A stretch of DNA of 64,000 nt from positions 128,001-192,000 of the forward strand of contig CAWGIE010000011.1 in assembly GCA_963822585.1 (NCBI GenBank), in the 5' to 3' direction. Within the stretch, counting starts at the first letter, position 1, and the number at the start of each line of letters is the position of its first letter. This DNA comes from an uncultured bacterium. Lineage in GTDB: Bacteria > Auribacterota > Erginobacteria > Erginobacterales > Erginobacteraceae. Below the pieces are notes generated by a model. The model saw only the letters and a program-made list of their open reading frames with translations. It did not search any database and was not told the origin of the DNA. Shown in pieces: positions 48,234 to 57,868 of this stretch. The position numbers were made by a program, and so were the translations under genes.

Positions 48234-50642
48234 CTACCTCGTAACCGGAACATCGCCGGATCTCCCGAAGTAGGCCCGTGAGATTCCCTTGACGGCCCAC
48301 AACCCCGATGCCCCCCGGAAGATCCCGATCTCATCTTTTCCATCACCCTGATAGTCCGCCGGTACCGGCCGGTCGGAGCTGCTGCCGAAGTAACTCCTGG
48401 TCACTCCGCGGATCGCCCAGAGTCCGGCCGATGATCTGAAGATTCCGATCTCCCAACTCCCGTCGCCATCGTAGTCTCCGGGAACGGGGGTATCCGACGA
48501 TGACCCGAAGTAAACCCGGGTGATCCCCCGGATCGCCCAGAGGCCCGAAGAGGGCCGGAAGATTCCGATCCTCTTTGCGGCGCTCCCGGCATAGTACCCG
48601 GGGGCCGGATTGTCAGCCGAGGAGCCGAAGTAGGCACGCGTCACTCCCTTAATGGCCCAGAGTCCGGAAGCTCCCCGGAAGATACCTATTTCGGCGGTTC
48701 CATCCCCATTGTAATCACCCGGCTCCGGGGAATCGTTACCGCTTCCGAAGTAAGAACGGGTAACTCCCCGGATCGCCCAGAGACCCGGGGGACTCCGGAA
48801 TATCCCGATTTCGGTTGTGTTATCTCCATTGTAATCGCCGGGGACGGTGTCATCGGTTGAAGAACCGAAGTACACCCGGGTAACTCCTCTGATCGCCCAG
48901 AGGCCCGCGCTCCCCCGGAAGATGGCGACGTCCGAGGTCCCGTCGCCGTTGTAGTCGTAGATCCAGGGTAGAGCGCCGGATGGCGGGACTGTTGGCTGAG
49001 CAGTAGGTTGCGCCGTGGGTTTCGGCGTGGGCGGGGGCGTCGCCGTGGGAGCCGTCGTCGGCGTCGGGGTGGTGATCGGAGTCTTGTAGCCGACCGGCGT
49101 CGGGGTAACGCTCGGCGTCGGGGTAACAGTCGCAGTCGGGGTGAGAGACGGCGCCCGCGGGGTGATGGTCGGAGTCGGAGTCAGGGACGAGGTCGGCGTC
49201 GGACTCGGTGTCGGCGCATAGATGGTGATCGAGTCGATCTCAGTCCCGACAGTATTAAAAAAGGTAAACTTCAGGTATTCGCCGGTTGCTTCCACCATCT
49301 GCGCCCCCCAGTCGCTGTTGTACCGCACCTGGCTTTCGGGGATGGGGGTGGTGAAAGAGTAGAGGTCGCCCCCCCCGGCCCCGTTGACGAAGTAGGGGAT
49401 GCCGTCGGTGCTGAGCCGCTCGTAGTGGTGGGAGTGGCCGGCGAGGACGGCGTCGGCCCCCCAGGATGCGTAAGGCCAGCGCAGGGCAGTAACCCCCGGC
49501 GCGTAGTAGGACGAGGAGGAGTAGGGACAGTGGTGCAGGAAAACCAGGTTCCAGGTCGAGGTCGAGGCGGCCAGTGCGTTCTGGAGCCAGATCCCCTGAG
49601 TCGAGCCCGATGTGTTCCCATCAGGTTCGTGGGTATCGCTGGAAAGCGCGTAGAGATGGACCAGATCCTGGGCGTCGGTTTGCTCGTAGTAACGCTCGTT
49701 GTTCGGCAGGGTGAAGTAATCGTAATACGGAACGGGCGGGTTGGTATGCCAGTCGTGGTTCCCCAAGGTCGGCCAGAAGCGGTTGATCCCGTCCGGATCG
49801 CCGCTGCCCCAGAAACCGGTGTAGGGGTAGATGTATTCCGAGTAAAACTGGCCGATGTTGGTGTCGATGGTAAAGGCGGTGCCGTCCGGATAGTTGTTGT
49901 CGCCCAGGGTGATGATGTAGTCCGGATCCCAGCCCTTGAGCAGGTTGGCCACCGCCTCCTCGTGAGCGGGGCCAAGGTTGCCACAGGCTTCGCCGTAGTC
50001 GCCGATGACGGCAAAGAGGACATACCCGGGATCATAGAGAGTGACGTCATCAATCGCCACATTACCCGAAGACTGGCTATAGGAGAAACGGACCTGGGTG
50101 GTTTCGGTCTGGAGACGGAACCGCTCGGTCGTCCCGATGGTGGGGATGGAGGCGACACTGGTGATCGTGTACCAGGTCGAGGAGTAGAACTCCTGGACCG
50201 CCAACGAACTGGCGGAGTCGGTCCCGATCCCCTTCATCCAGAAAGATAGCCGGCTCGGGTTGCCGAAGGTCGGCGTATAGATGATGTCCCCGGTCGCGTC
50301 CAGCTTAATTGAGGGGGAAGTGTCTCCATAATTGCCCGGGGAGGTGTAGGTGTCGGAGTCCAGGTCACAGTTGATGAAAGTCCATCCCGCCGGACGGGTC
50401 CCGGTATCGAACCCGTTGAATCCCTCATCGAACATGACCCCGTTTGCCGCCAGCTTTCGGTCGCGGCCGAGGGTGCCCGTCCTGCCGGGTATCCCTTTAG
50501 AAAAGACCGCTGGGTGATCGGATATCTCTTCGATCGTCCCCTCTTTGGTCGGCGGACCGAGCGGGATCAGGGGGGCCGGAAAAGACGGGCTAACCAGGAG
50601 CAGGGACACTAAGGGCAACGCGATGGAGAGTGCGCATTTCAT
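48234..50642 (-). CDS. Secreted metallophosphoesterase with a PT-rich linker and six C-terminal 40-aa FG-GAP-like repeats
   Basis: IGDYG, LGDNNY, LGNHD, HH, AGHSHHYER; 120-bp DNA periodicity over 48237-48957. Confidence 0.88.
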   Translation of the reverse strand: MKCALSIALPLVSLLLVSPSFPAPLIPLGPPTKEGTIEEISDHPAVFSKGIPGRTGTLGRDRKLAANGVMFDEGFNGFDTGTRPAGWTFINCDLDSDTYTSPGNYGDTSPSIKLDATGDIIYTPTFGNPSRLSFWMKGIGTDSASSLAVQEFYSSTWYTITSVASIPTIGTTERFRLQTETTQVRFSYSQSSGNVAIDDVTLYDPGYVLFAVIGDYGEACGNLGPAHEEAVANLLKGWDPDYIITLGDNNYPDGTAFTIDTNIGQFYSEYIYPYTGFWGSGDPDGINRFWPTLGNHDWHTNPPVPYYDYFTLPNNERYYEQTDAQDLVHLYALSSDTHEPDGNTSGSTQGIWLQNALAASTSTWNLVFLHHCPYSSSSYYAPGVTALRWPYASWGADAVLAGHSHHYERLSTDGIPYFVNGAGGGDLYSFTTPIPESQVRYNSDWGAQMVEATGEYLKFTFFNTVGTEIDSITIYAPTPSPTPTSSLTPTPTITPRAPSLTPTATVTPTPSVTPTPVGYKTPITTPTPTTAPTATPPPTPKPTAQPTAQPTVPPSGALPWIYDYNGDGTSDVAIFRGSAGLWAIRGVTRVYFGSSTDDTVPGDYNGDNTTEIGIFRSPPGLWAIRGVTRSYFGSGNDSPEPGDYNGDGTAEIGIFRGASGLWAIKGVTRAYFGSSADNPAPGYYAGSAAKRIGIFRPSSGLWAIRGITRVYFGSSSDTPVPGDYDGDGSWEIGIFRSSAGLWAIRGVTRSYFGSSSDRPVPADYQGDGKDEIGIFRGASGLWAVKGISRAYFGRSGDVPVTR

Positions 50643-50681
50643 AGCTTCATCCTTTGTTCTCTTGTTGTATCGGAATTTCAA

Positions 50682-50766
50682 CAAGTGAGCGCCTCCGGCG
50701 CAACTTGTAGTGTAAAGTGTAAGGTGTAGTGAAACTTTCCACATTAAACCTTACACTTCACACTAC
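50682..50766. repeat. Hairpin plus inverted 7-bp (TGTAAAG/TTACACT) arms, same family as 45619-45786
   Basis: CAAGTGAGCGCCTCCGGCGCAACTTG TAGTGTAAAGTGTAAGGTGTAGTG ... CCTTACACTTCACACTAC. Confidence 0.8.
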
Positions 50767-50813
50767 GTTACTGAAATTCCAAGCAGGAACTGAGCGCTTC
50801 GCACCAACATAAG

Positions 50814-50859
50814 GTAGCCTCACCCTTCAGGGTGCGCCCCGGTAAACCGGGGCGACTAC
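50814..50859. repeat. GTAG-type REP doublet
   Basis: GTAGCCTCACCCTTCAGGGTGCG followed by inverted GTAGTCGCCCCGGTTTACCGGGG. Confidence 0.6.
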
Positions 50860-50901
50860 CATTTATTGAAATTTCGAAGCAGTACATTAACAAAACGGCG
50901 A

Positions 50902-53900
50902 TCACATGACCCGTTCGGGGCTGTTTTTATGAATAATCGAATATACTATCGGCATGACAATGAGCGAAAAGAACATGGAACCGACCAGTCCGCTGATCAT
51001 GGCGATGGAAAACGGCCCCAGGATTTCCCCCCCGCCCCCGATATTCAAAGCCATGGGTAAAAAACCGGCGATGGCGGCGAGGTTGGTGATCAACACCGGC
51101 CTGAACCGCAAACTCCCGGCCGCGGTGATGGCTTCCTTCAGGGGCATACCTTTCAGCCGGAATCGTTCCACGAACTCAATCACCAGTATTCCGTTATTGA
51201 CGACTATGCCCATCACGGTGATCATGCCGATAAAGGAGGAGACATCGAATTCGGTGCCGGTGACCAACAGTCCGAAGATGACAAAAGAGGCCGAGCAGAC
51301 GGTCCCCAGGAACACCGCCAGGGCCGTCTTGTACGATTCGAAGATGAACAACAGGAGCGCCATTATTAATACAATAGCGATGAAGAGGACAAACAGCAGT
51401 TCGGTAAACGACTTCTGCTGATCCCGGTAATTGCCGGTAAGTTCGACGGTATAGGAATCGCTGGGCGCGCTGTAAAGAGCGTTTTTAATGTCCCTGACCA
51501 CGTCTCCCAGAGGTCGGCCGGAGATTTCGGCATTGATATTGATGACGATCGAACCGTTTTTATGATGGACCTCCGGGTTCTGCTCGATCATGTCGAAAGT
51601 CGCCAGCTTTCCGAGGGGCAGGACGCCTCCATTCTCGGTATAAATCGGGATGCGCGCGATATCCTTCACCTTGTTTCTAAAATCCCCCGTGTAGAATTGG
51701 CGGATGGGGATCGTCTGCAGACCGTGCTGCAGCTTGGAAACAACTTCGCCGTAAAGAGCCATCTGGGCATACCGATAAACGTCGCTGATGCCGATCCCGA
51801 GGAGCGAGGCCTCGCTCTGCCGGGCGGATACCCGTATTTCCTTTTGCGGAGGAGGCAGATCTATCATGACCCCGTTCAGCCCCGCGATCCCTTCCAGGGT
51901 GTTCTTCATCGCCTCCGCCGCATTTCTCAGTTTCACCGGATCATTCCCGATGAGGTTGACCACGATGGGCTTCGTGGCTCCGGTAAGGTCCCCCAGCCTG
52001 TCGGTGAGCATCTGGTGAAAATCGCTCTCCAGCTCCGGCACTTTCTTCTCCACCCGATCCCGCAAAAGGTCCATGATTTCAAAGGTCGATCTTTTCCGGT
52101 TTCGATCAAGCAAAATAACGATCTCTCCCACATTGGCGGGCGCGAAGGGGGTCCCCAGGTGGGTTCCGGTTTTCCTGATATACATCTTCACTTCAGGCAC
52201 GCCGGCGATGACTTCTTCGGCTTGGCGGCAAATCTCATCCGCTCGCTCGATCGAGATACCGGGGGAGAGAACGTAATCGAAGACAATATCCCCCTCATCC
52301 CATTCCGGGAGAAATCCGTTAGGGAGCTTGAAAAACACTCCGACGCCGAGGACCAGGAAGACGATCGCCAGGGCGACCACCGCTCCCTTATATTTCAGCG
52401 CGACGCCAAGAATGCTCAGGTAACATCTCCTGAGCACGCGGAACAGGAATCTGTCCCGCGCTTCCGACATTCCCGCCGGGGCGTGTTTCACAAAATACCG
52501 GATGAAGACCGGTATGACCACGACGGCCATGAATAAGGAAATGATGATGGTGGTAGCCAGCGTCGCGGCCAGGGGCTTGAAAAATAAGCCCGATACTCCG
52601 CTCAAAACATAGAGGGGAAGAAAAACGATGATGCTGACCATGGTCGCCCAGACCATGATCGGGACGATATCCGCCAGGGAAGACGAGAGCGGATCGGGGG
52701 AGCGGACCTCGGTTTTGAACCTGACGAAATTTTCCGTAACCACGATGGCATTATCCGCGATGATCCCGATCGCCGCCGACATGCCGCCCAGGGTCATAAT
52801 GTTCACCGTCAGGCCAAGCAGTTTTAGCACTAAAAATTCCGAAAGAATGACCAGCGGCAGAACCAGGATGATGGGCAGGGAATACCTCAGCCTGTTCATC
52901 ACGTAATAGACGATGAACAAGATGATCGCGACGGCGATAAAAATGTCGAAGAGTATCCCCCGGATGGAACTCCTGACAAAATCGGAAAGGTCCCACTTGG
53001 CGATATGCAGGCGTCCGCCATATTCCTTTTCAATCTCCGCCATTTTCTCATCCAGTTTCCGGGATACTATCAAGCCGTCCGCGTCCTGTTGCTTCTGAAC
53101 ATCGATGAACAGACCCCGGTGTCCGTTGATGCTGACGATCCTCCGGACCTCGGCGCACGAATCTTCTACGCGGGCGACATCCCGCAGGTACACAGGTTGC
53201 CCCATACGCGTCGCCACCACTGTCTCACCGATCCGGTTGAGATCGGCGAATTTCTCGCCACCGATGACAAAAACGGCTTTCGTGTTCTGATAGACGTTTC
53301 CGATAAAGGATATCTTGTTGGCCTGATCGATCGCGTCACCGGCGGCGGCGGGGTCGAGGCAAGAGGCGATCAATTTCCGGGGATCGTAGCTGACTCGAAT
53401 TTCCGGCTCCTCGCCGCCGACCACGTCCAGGCCGTAGATGCCCTCGATGCCGATCAATTTGGGGACGATACTGTACCGGACGGTGGTGTAGAGCTGCTTG
53501 AGGTCATAGGTGTCCGACCAGATGCCGTATTCCGACATCGGGTACGCGCTCGTGGTCATCCGGATGACATCGATGGCGGCATCGCCGGGCAACGCGCCCC
53601 GGACCTGGTTGATCCGGCTTTGCACCTGCTGGAAGGCCTGATCGAGGTCCGTCCCCCATTTCAGGTAAATATCGATGGTGGCCGTCCCCCGTTCCGTCAC
53701 CGAACGGACCTCGACAACATTCGGCGCGGTCTTGACCGCTTCTTCGATCGGCCGGGTGAGATTGATCTCGGTCTCGTCCAGGGCCGCGAACCCGATATCG
53801 GCAATGATCTGAAACCGGGGGAAATCCCCCCGCGGGAACACGTCTTTGGGAAGATCAAGATACATATAGACGCTGGCGACGACCATTACCGTCAGAGCGA

Positions 53901-53949
53901 ACATGACCGCCAGATGGTTTACATCCAGCCACTCGACGAGTTTCTTCAT
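50902..53949 (-). CDS. RND efflux permease (CusA/CzcA/AcrB family)
   Basis: 1015 aa; LPKDVFP, NIMTLGG, GIIADNAIVVTEN, GIVVNNGIL, RFRPVLIT. Confidence 0.93.
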   Translation of the reverse strand: MKKLVEWLDVNHLAVMFALTVMVVASVYMYLDLPKDVFPRGDFPRFQIIADIGFAALDETEINLTRPIEEAVKTAPNVVEVRSVTERGTATIDIYLKWGTDLDQAFQQVQSRINQVRGALPGDAAIDVIRMTTSAYPMSEYGIWSDTYDLKQLYTTVRYSIVPKLIGIEGIYGLDVVGGEEPEIRVSYDPRKLIASCLDPAAAGDAIDQANKISFIGNVYQNTKAVFVIGGEKFADLNRIGETVVATRMGQPVYLRDVARVEDSCAEVRRIVSINGHRGLFIDVQKQQDADGLIVSRKLDEKMAEIEKEYGGRLHIAKWDLSDFVRSSIRGILFDIFIAVAIILFIVYYVMNRLRYSLPIILVLPLVILSEFLVLKLLGLTVNIMTLGGMSAAIGIIADNAIVVTENFVRFKTEVRSPDPLSSSLADIVPIMVWATMVSIIVFLPLYVLSGVSGLFFKPLAATLATTIIISLFMAVVVIPVFIRYFVKHAPAGMSEARDRFLFRVLRRCYLSILGVALKYKGAVVALAIVFLVLGVGVFFKLPNGFLPEWDEGDIVFDYVLSPGISIERADEICRQAEEVIAGVPEVKMYIRKTGTHLGTPFAPANVGEIVILLDRNRKRSTFEIMDLLRDRVEKKVPELESDFHQMLTDRLGDLTGATKPIVVNLIGNDPVKLRNAAEAMKNTLEGIAGLNGVMIDLPPPQKEIRVSARQSEASLLGIGISDVYRYAQMALYGEVVSKLQHGLQTIPIRQFYTGDFRNKVKDIARIPIYTENGGVLPLGKLATFDMIEQNPEVHHKNGSIVININAEISGRPLGDVVRDIKNALYSAPSDSYTVELTGNYRDQQKSFTELLFVLFIAIVLIMALLLFIFESYKTALAVFLGTVCSASFVIFGLLVTGTEFDVSSFIGMITVMGIVVNNGILVIEFVERFRLKGMPLKEAITAAGSLRFRPVLITNLAAIAGFLPMALNIGGGGEILGPFSIAMISGLVGSMFFSLIVMPIVYSIIHKNSPERVM

Positions 53950-55253
53950 TCTTCCATCCCCCCGATCAGTGAATTCAGCTCGGCTTTTTGGGAGAAATAG
54001 TCATTCAGAACATCATAGCTCTGGTCTTTGGCATTCAGGCAATCGGTGAAGACGCTCAACAGATCCGTCTCCTTGATTTTGCCCTGTCGGTAATACTCGG
54101 CGGCGATCTCGAGGGCGGATTGGGCGCTCTTCCGGATATCCACGGAATGTTTGTACTTCGTTTGAACGTTGTTTATTTCGGCGAGCAGCTGGCGGAGACG
54201 GACTCTCAATAGTCTTTGGTTATCCGCGAATATTTTCTCCTGCGCGGCATGATTGGACTTTAATTGCCTGGCCTCATTGGCTTTTTGACCGAAATCAAAC
54301 ACATCCAGATTCAACGCCAGGTACATCCGATTCTCTTCCGTGTTGGGATCGATGCGGGGGGCGGTATATTCGAAACCGGCGCTCAGCGAGGGGAGATAAT
54401 AGAATCTACTCTGCTGATATTGCTCCTCCGCGATCTTCACCTCGAGTTCGTCGAGCTGAGATTGGGGGAGACGGGATAGCGCCGGCGCCGGGATTAGTTC
54501 CGCCTGGTCGAGATCCGGCCCTTTTTTCCCCGCCCGGGAAGGGTCGGCGCCGGCAGTTTCTCCCTCCGTCTCGATTACCGGCAGATCCGGAGCATTCATG
54601 GAAGCGAATTCGGATTCCCGGTAATCGGTATTCATCATCGAATTGAGCGAGATCAGGGCTTTTTCAATCCCCGCTTCGGCATCGCCGATCGAAATCTGAA
54701 CCAGTTTCAGCTGCACCTGGGCCCGGTTCAAATCCAGCTTGGCATCCACCCCCTTTGCCTGAAGCGCCTGGATGTCTTTGATGTGCTCCCGGAGAAAGGA
54801 GAGCGCGTCGTCGTAACTCCGTTTCTTCCGTAAAAATATGTAAAGACCGTAATAATCCTGGACCAGGTTTTTCAGAACTTCTCTTTCGGCGATCTGTTTG
54901 AGCACCGTGCTTTTTTGCAGTTCTAATTTGCCAAGCTCGGGATAATCGACGAGCAGTTTCTGAACGTCGAAGGTCGCCTCCACTCCGAGCCGGTTCTGAT
55001 ACCCCTGGGTATATTCCGAATCAGCGGCGTAGCGCAGATATTCCGGCTCATAGGAAACGGATATCCGCGGGAAAACCGCCGCCCGGTCTTTCCGGTACGA
55101 ATAGACGCCGGCTTCGATCATGTCTTCGTAGGAGGCCATCAGTTGGCTGTTGGACATTGCCAGAGTTTTACACTCCTCCAAAGTAATCGCCGGCGCCGCG
55201 CTGACATAGACCAGGATCAGGGAAGCAGCGCCCAAGAGCTTGAGCATTTTCAT
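53946..55253 (-). CDS. TolC family outer-membrane efflux protein
   Basis: Signal peptide, ITLEECKTLAMSNS, two helical OEP repeats, YYLPSL, YRQGKI. Confidence 0.85.
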   Translation of the reverse strand: MKMLKLLGAASLILVYVSAAPAITLEECKTLAMSNSQLMASYEDMIEAGVYSYRKDRAAVFPRISVSYEPEYLRYAADSEYTQGYQNRLGVEATFDVQKLLVDYPELGKLELQKSTVLKQIAEREVLKNLVQDYYGLYIFLRKKRSYDDALSFLREHIKDIQALQAKGVDAKLDLNRAQVQLKLVQISIGDAEAGIEKALISLNSMMNTDYRESEFASMNAPDLPVIETEGETAGADPSRAGKKGPDLDQAELIPAPALSRLPQSQLDELEVKIAEEQYQQSRFYYLPSLSAGFEYTAPRIDPNTEENRMYLALNLDVFDFGQKANEARQLKSNHAAQEKIFADNQRLLRVRLRQLLAEINNVQTKYKHSVDIRKSAQSALEIAAEYYRQGKIKETDLLSVFTDCLNAKDQSYDVLNDYFSQKAELNSLIGGMEE

Positions 55254-55398
55254 GATTCCATCATCATTTGTGGTTACCGGAGGCTATGGCCGCCGTGCTT
55301 ATTGTTCCCTTTCACTAGCCGCCGAAGTTTTTCCGGCGGCATCGTCCCTTTTTCAAGAATAACGGAAAGAATGATGCCATCAGGCACATTGCGTATAT

Positions 55399-55425
55399 AT
55401 GACCGACAGATGACATTTCTGTCAT
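55399..55425 (-). promoter_or_regulatory. Putative CusR/CopR-type box, site 2 (upstream of tolC)
   Basis: ATGAC-CGACAG-ATGACA-TTTC-TGTCAT. Confidence 0.7.
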
Positions 55426-55437
55426 CTGCTCGGGGAT

Positions 55438-55513
55438 AGGCGTGATCGCAAAGAAGGCGTGATCGCAAAGAAGGCGTGATCGCAAAGAAGGCGGGATCGC
55501 AAAGAAGGCGGGA
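55438..55513. repeat. 17-bp tandem repeat (AGGCGTGATCGCAAAGA) x4.5
   Basis: Direct reading; no spacers between units. Confidence 0.92.
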
Positions 55514-55644
55514 GCATTGGATAAACGAAATGGTCGACGTCGCCCGAGTTACCTTGCCGTCCCCCGAGTGGGGGACGATCACTCCGGCCCCTTCTTCAGG
55601 ATTTCAGGAATGAGGCGGGCAAACGTCCCCGGCGCTGGCCGCAG

Positions 55645-56184
55645 CTATTTATTTTTTTCTAGCTGCCGCCGGTAGATGAGGAACGACAGGATAAGCGCGA
55701 TGGCGATTGGCGTTCCGAGTACTACCGGCAACACATTGCCGGGGTTCAGATTCCGTTTGGGCGCAACCGTGAAGTGCGTAATCGTGCTCACGGCCGGCGT
55801 TTCATTCTCCGGGGCGACGGCTACAATAATTAACGAATAGGTCCCGGCTTTGACAAAATGGATTTTCCATTGAAGCGGGAATGTCTGCCCGGGTTCGATG
55901 GACCCGATGAACAACCCCTTCTCCGCGCTCCAGTCTTCAAGATCAACCGGCAGTTTGTTCTCAGTGTCCACCAATGAAAGATAGGTGGTGATGTTGACGA
56001 TCGATTTCCGGCCGGTATTCCGTATCCGCCCCAGGACCGTCACGTAATCCCCGGCCGTGCCGCTCATAGCGCGGGAGGAGAGGATGGTGAGCTCAATCGG
56101 CAGCGAATCTTCGGCCTTACCTCGGAACGGCACGAGAAGCAAGGCAAAAAGTGCGAGCAAAGCAAGGTGTTTCATGCTACTCAT
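55645..56184 (-). CDS. Exported Ig-like protein with a C-terminal TM anchor
   Basis: Signal peptide, beta-rich body (PVDLEDWSA), C-terminal TM plus basic tail; coupled to the ABC permease. Confidence 0.7.
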   Translation of the reverse strand: MSSMKHLALLALFALLLVPFRGKAEDSLPIELTILSSRAMSGTAGDYVTVLGRIRNTGRKSIVNITTYLSLVDTENKLPVDLEDWSAEKGLFIGSIEPGQTFPLQWKIHFVKAGTYSLIIVAVAPENETPAVSTITHFTVAPKRNLNPGNVLPVVLGTPIAIALILSFLIYRRQLEKNK

Positions 56185-56947
56185 TTCTGATAACCCCCCG
56201 CCGCTTGAACACACGCATGCTGCTGACAAGGAATGCCGCGGTAATCAGGCAAAAGATAATCATGGGGAAGATGAATTGCCGATTGGATAGTAGGGAAGTC
56301 TGAAAATCCACCAGTACGTTGTCCATGGCGCTGAACATATTGTCGAAAGGATCGGCCTTGCTGATTACTTCCATCAATGTACCGGTTTTAAGCGTTGGGG
56401 AGAAAAACGCCGGCGTAGCCAGAGCGAAGAGGACGACGAGCGAGGTGGTGAGGGTATTTCTACTGGAGCGGTAGAGAAGCGAAACGGCAAATACCAGGAA
56501 GATAAATCCGGCGACGGCCAGGCTACCCAAAAGCAGTGTGTACCCGGCGAATGACAGCGCCAGGCGTGTTCCGGCCGACGTAGCGAAAACATAGGGCAAA
56601 GAAACCGACCAGACCGCGATCCATAACGTGAAGGATCCGAGGAATTTGCCGCCCACGAAATCGAAAAGAGAGATGGGAGCGAGGAATAAGCTTTCCGCGG
56701 TTCGATTCTCAAACTCCACCGTCACCCGTAAGGATGCATCAATGGTAACAATGAGGAGCGCCGAGCTCAGGATGATCTTGCTCAAGAGCCAGAGCATCTC
56801 GCCCTGATCGAGCAAGCTCAGTTCCTTGTCGGTGAGCAGAAGATAGCTCGTAAAACTCAAAAGGAGCGAGGCGATCAAAAGCCACGCCATGCCTTTCCAG
56901 GTATAGAGCGTTCCGGATACTTCTTTATGCCAGATATAGAGAATCAT
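56177..56947 (-). CDS. ABC-2 type transporter permease
   Basis: IWHKEV, EFENRTAESLFLAPIS, GKFLG; ATGA overlap with the ATPase gene. Confidence 0.85.
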   Translation of the reverse strand: MILYIWHKEVSGTLYTWKGMAWLLIASLLLSFTSYLLLTDKELSLLDQGEMLWLLSKIILSSALLIVTIDASLRVTVEFENRTAESLFLAPISLFDFVGGKFLGSFTLWIAVWSVSLPYVFATSAGTRLALSFAGYTLLLGSLAVAGFIFLVFAVSLLYRSSRNTLTTSLVVLFALATPAFFSPTLKTGTLMEVISKADPFDNMFSAMDNVLVDFQTSLLSNRQFIFPMIIFCLITAAFLVSSMRVFKRRGVIRNE

Positions 56948-57666
56948 CGGTTTCTGGTAAGAGTGAGAAACACCTCGGTAAGGCTGCCGCCTTCGGTTCT
57001 GGCTTCTTCCCGCAACTCGGCCAGGGTGCCCTCGGCAACCAGTCTGCCCTTGTTCAAAATGGCGATGCGCGAGCAAAGCTCGGAGACTTCCTCTAAAAGG
57101 TGCGATGAATAGAAGATCGTCATCCCGTTCTGATTGAGTGTCCGAAGCAGCGTGCGGATATCTTCCTGCCCCTGGGGGTCGAGCCCCAGGGTCGGCTCAT
57201 CCAGAAAGAGGATGATGGGATCATTGATGAGCGCACGGGCAATCCCCAGGCGCTGGCGCATGCCGCGGGAATAGGCGCCGATCTTTTTCTCGCTCTGCCG
57301 GCGAAGCCCGACTTGGTCCAAAAGCCGGCTTACTCTATTATCCTCGGGCATCCGGTACAGGCGGGCGAAAAAGGCAAGATATTCCCCGCCGGTCATCCAC
57401 TCGTAGAATCCCTGACTTTCCGGAAGCACGCCGATGGCTCGCGCTACCCGCGCCCGGTCGCGGATCGGGACCGCATTGATTGCTATCTCGCCCTGATCGG
57501 GATTGACAATGCCGGTCAGCATGCGGATGGTCGTTGTTTTCCCCGCGCCGTTCGGTCCCAGGAAGGCGAAGAACTCTCCCCGACGCACCTGCAGCGCCAG
57601 TTCATCCACCGCTTTGGTAGCGCCGTAAGACTTGGTGAGATTGCTGGCTGTGATTGCTTCAGGCAT
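56944..57666 (-). CDS. ABC transporter ATP-binding protein
   Basis: GPNGAGKTT, YSRGMRQRL, LFLDEPT, SSH. Confidence 0.95.
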   Translation of the reverse strand: MPEAITASNLTKSYGATKAVDELALQVRRGEFFAFLGPNGAGKTTTIRMLTGIVNPDQGEIAINAVPIRDRARVARAIGVLPESQGFYEWMTGGEYLAFFARLYRMPEDNRVSRLLDQVGLRRQSEKKIGAYSRGMRQRLGIARALINDPIILFLDEPTLGLDPQGQEDIRTLLRTLNQNGMTIFYSSHLLEEVSELCSRIAILNKGRLVAEGTLAELREEARTEGGSLTEVFLTLTRNR

Positions 57667-57859
57667 GATCGGTGTTTCTTGGGGGTCGGGGAGTTTCCCA
57701 GAAGATGGTGATCAGAAATCCGGCTAGGCCCACGATGACGAGGAACCAGCTCACGAAAAAATTAATCTGCTCCTCGGCATCGGGAACGTCGTAGAAGAAC
57801 TTGAGATACAATCCCCCGGCAACGCTAAGCAAGAAGAGAACCGTCAGGAGTTGCTTCAT
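57659..57859 (-). CDS. Small two-TM protein
   Basis: 66 aa, two hydrophobic helices, operonic spacing. Confidence 0.7.
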   Translation of the reverse strand: MKQLLTVLFLLSVAGGLYLKFFYDVPDAEEQINFFVSWFLVIVGLAGFLITIFWETPRPPRNTDHA

Positions 57860-57868
57860 GATATTCTA

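Noticed and set aside
55438..55513. Possible CRISPR array
   Set aside because: The 17-bp units are head-to-tail with no unique spacers, and no cas genes are present.
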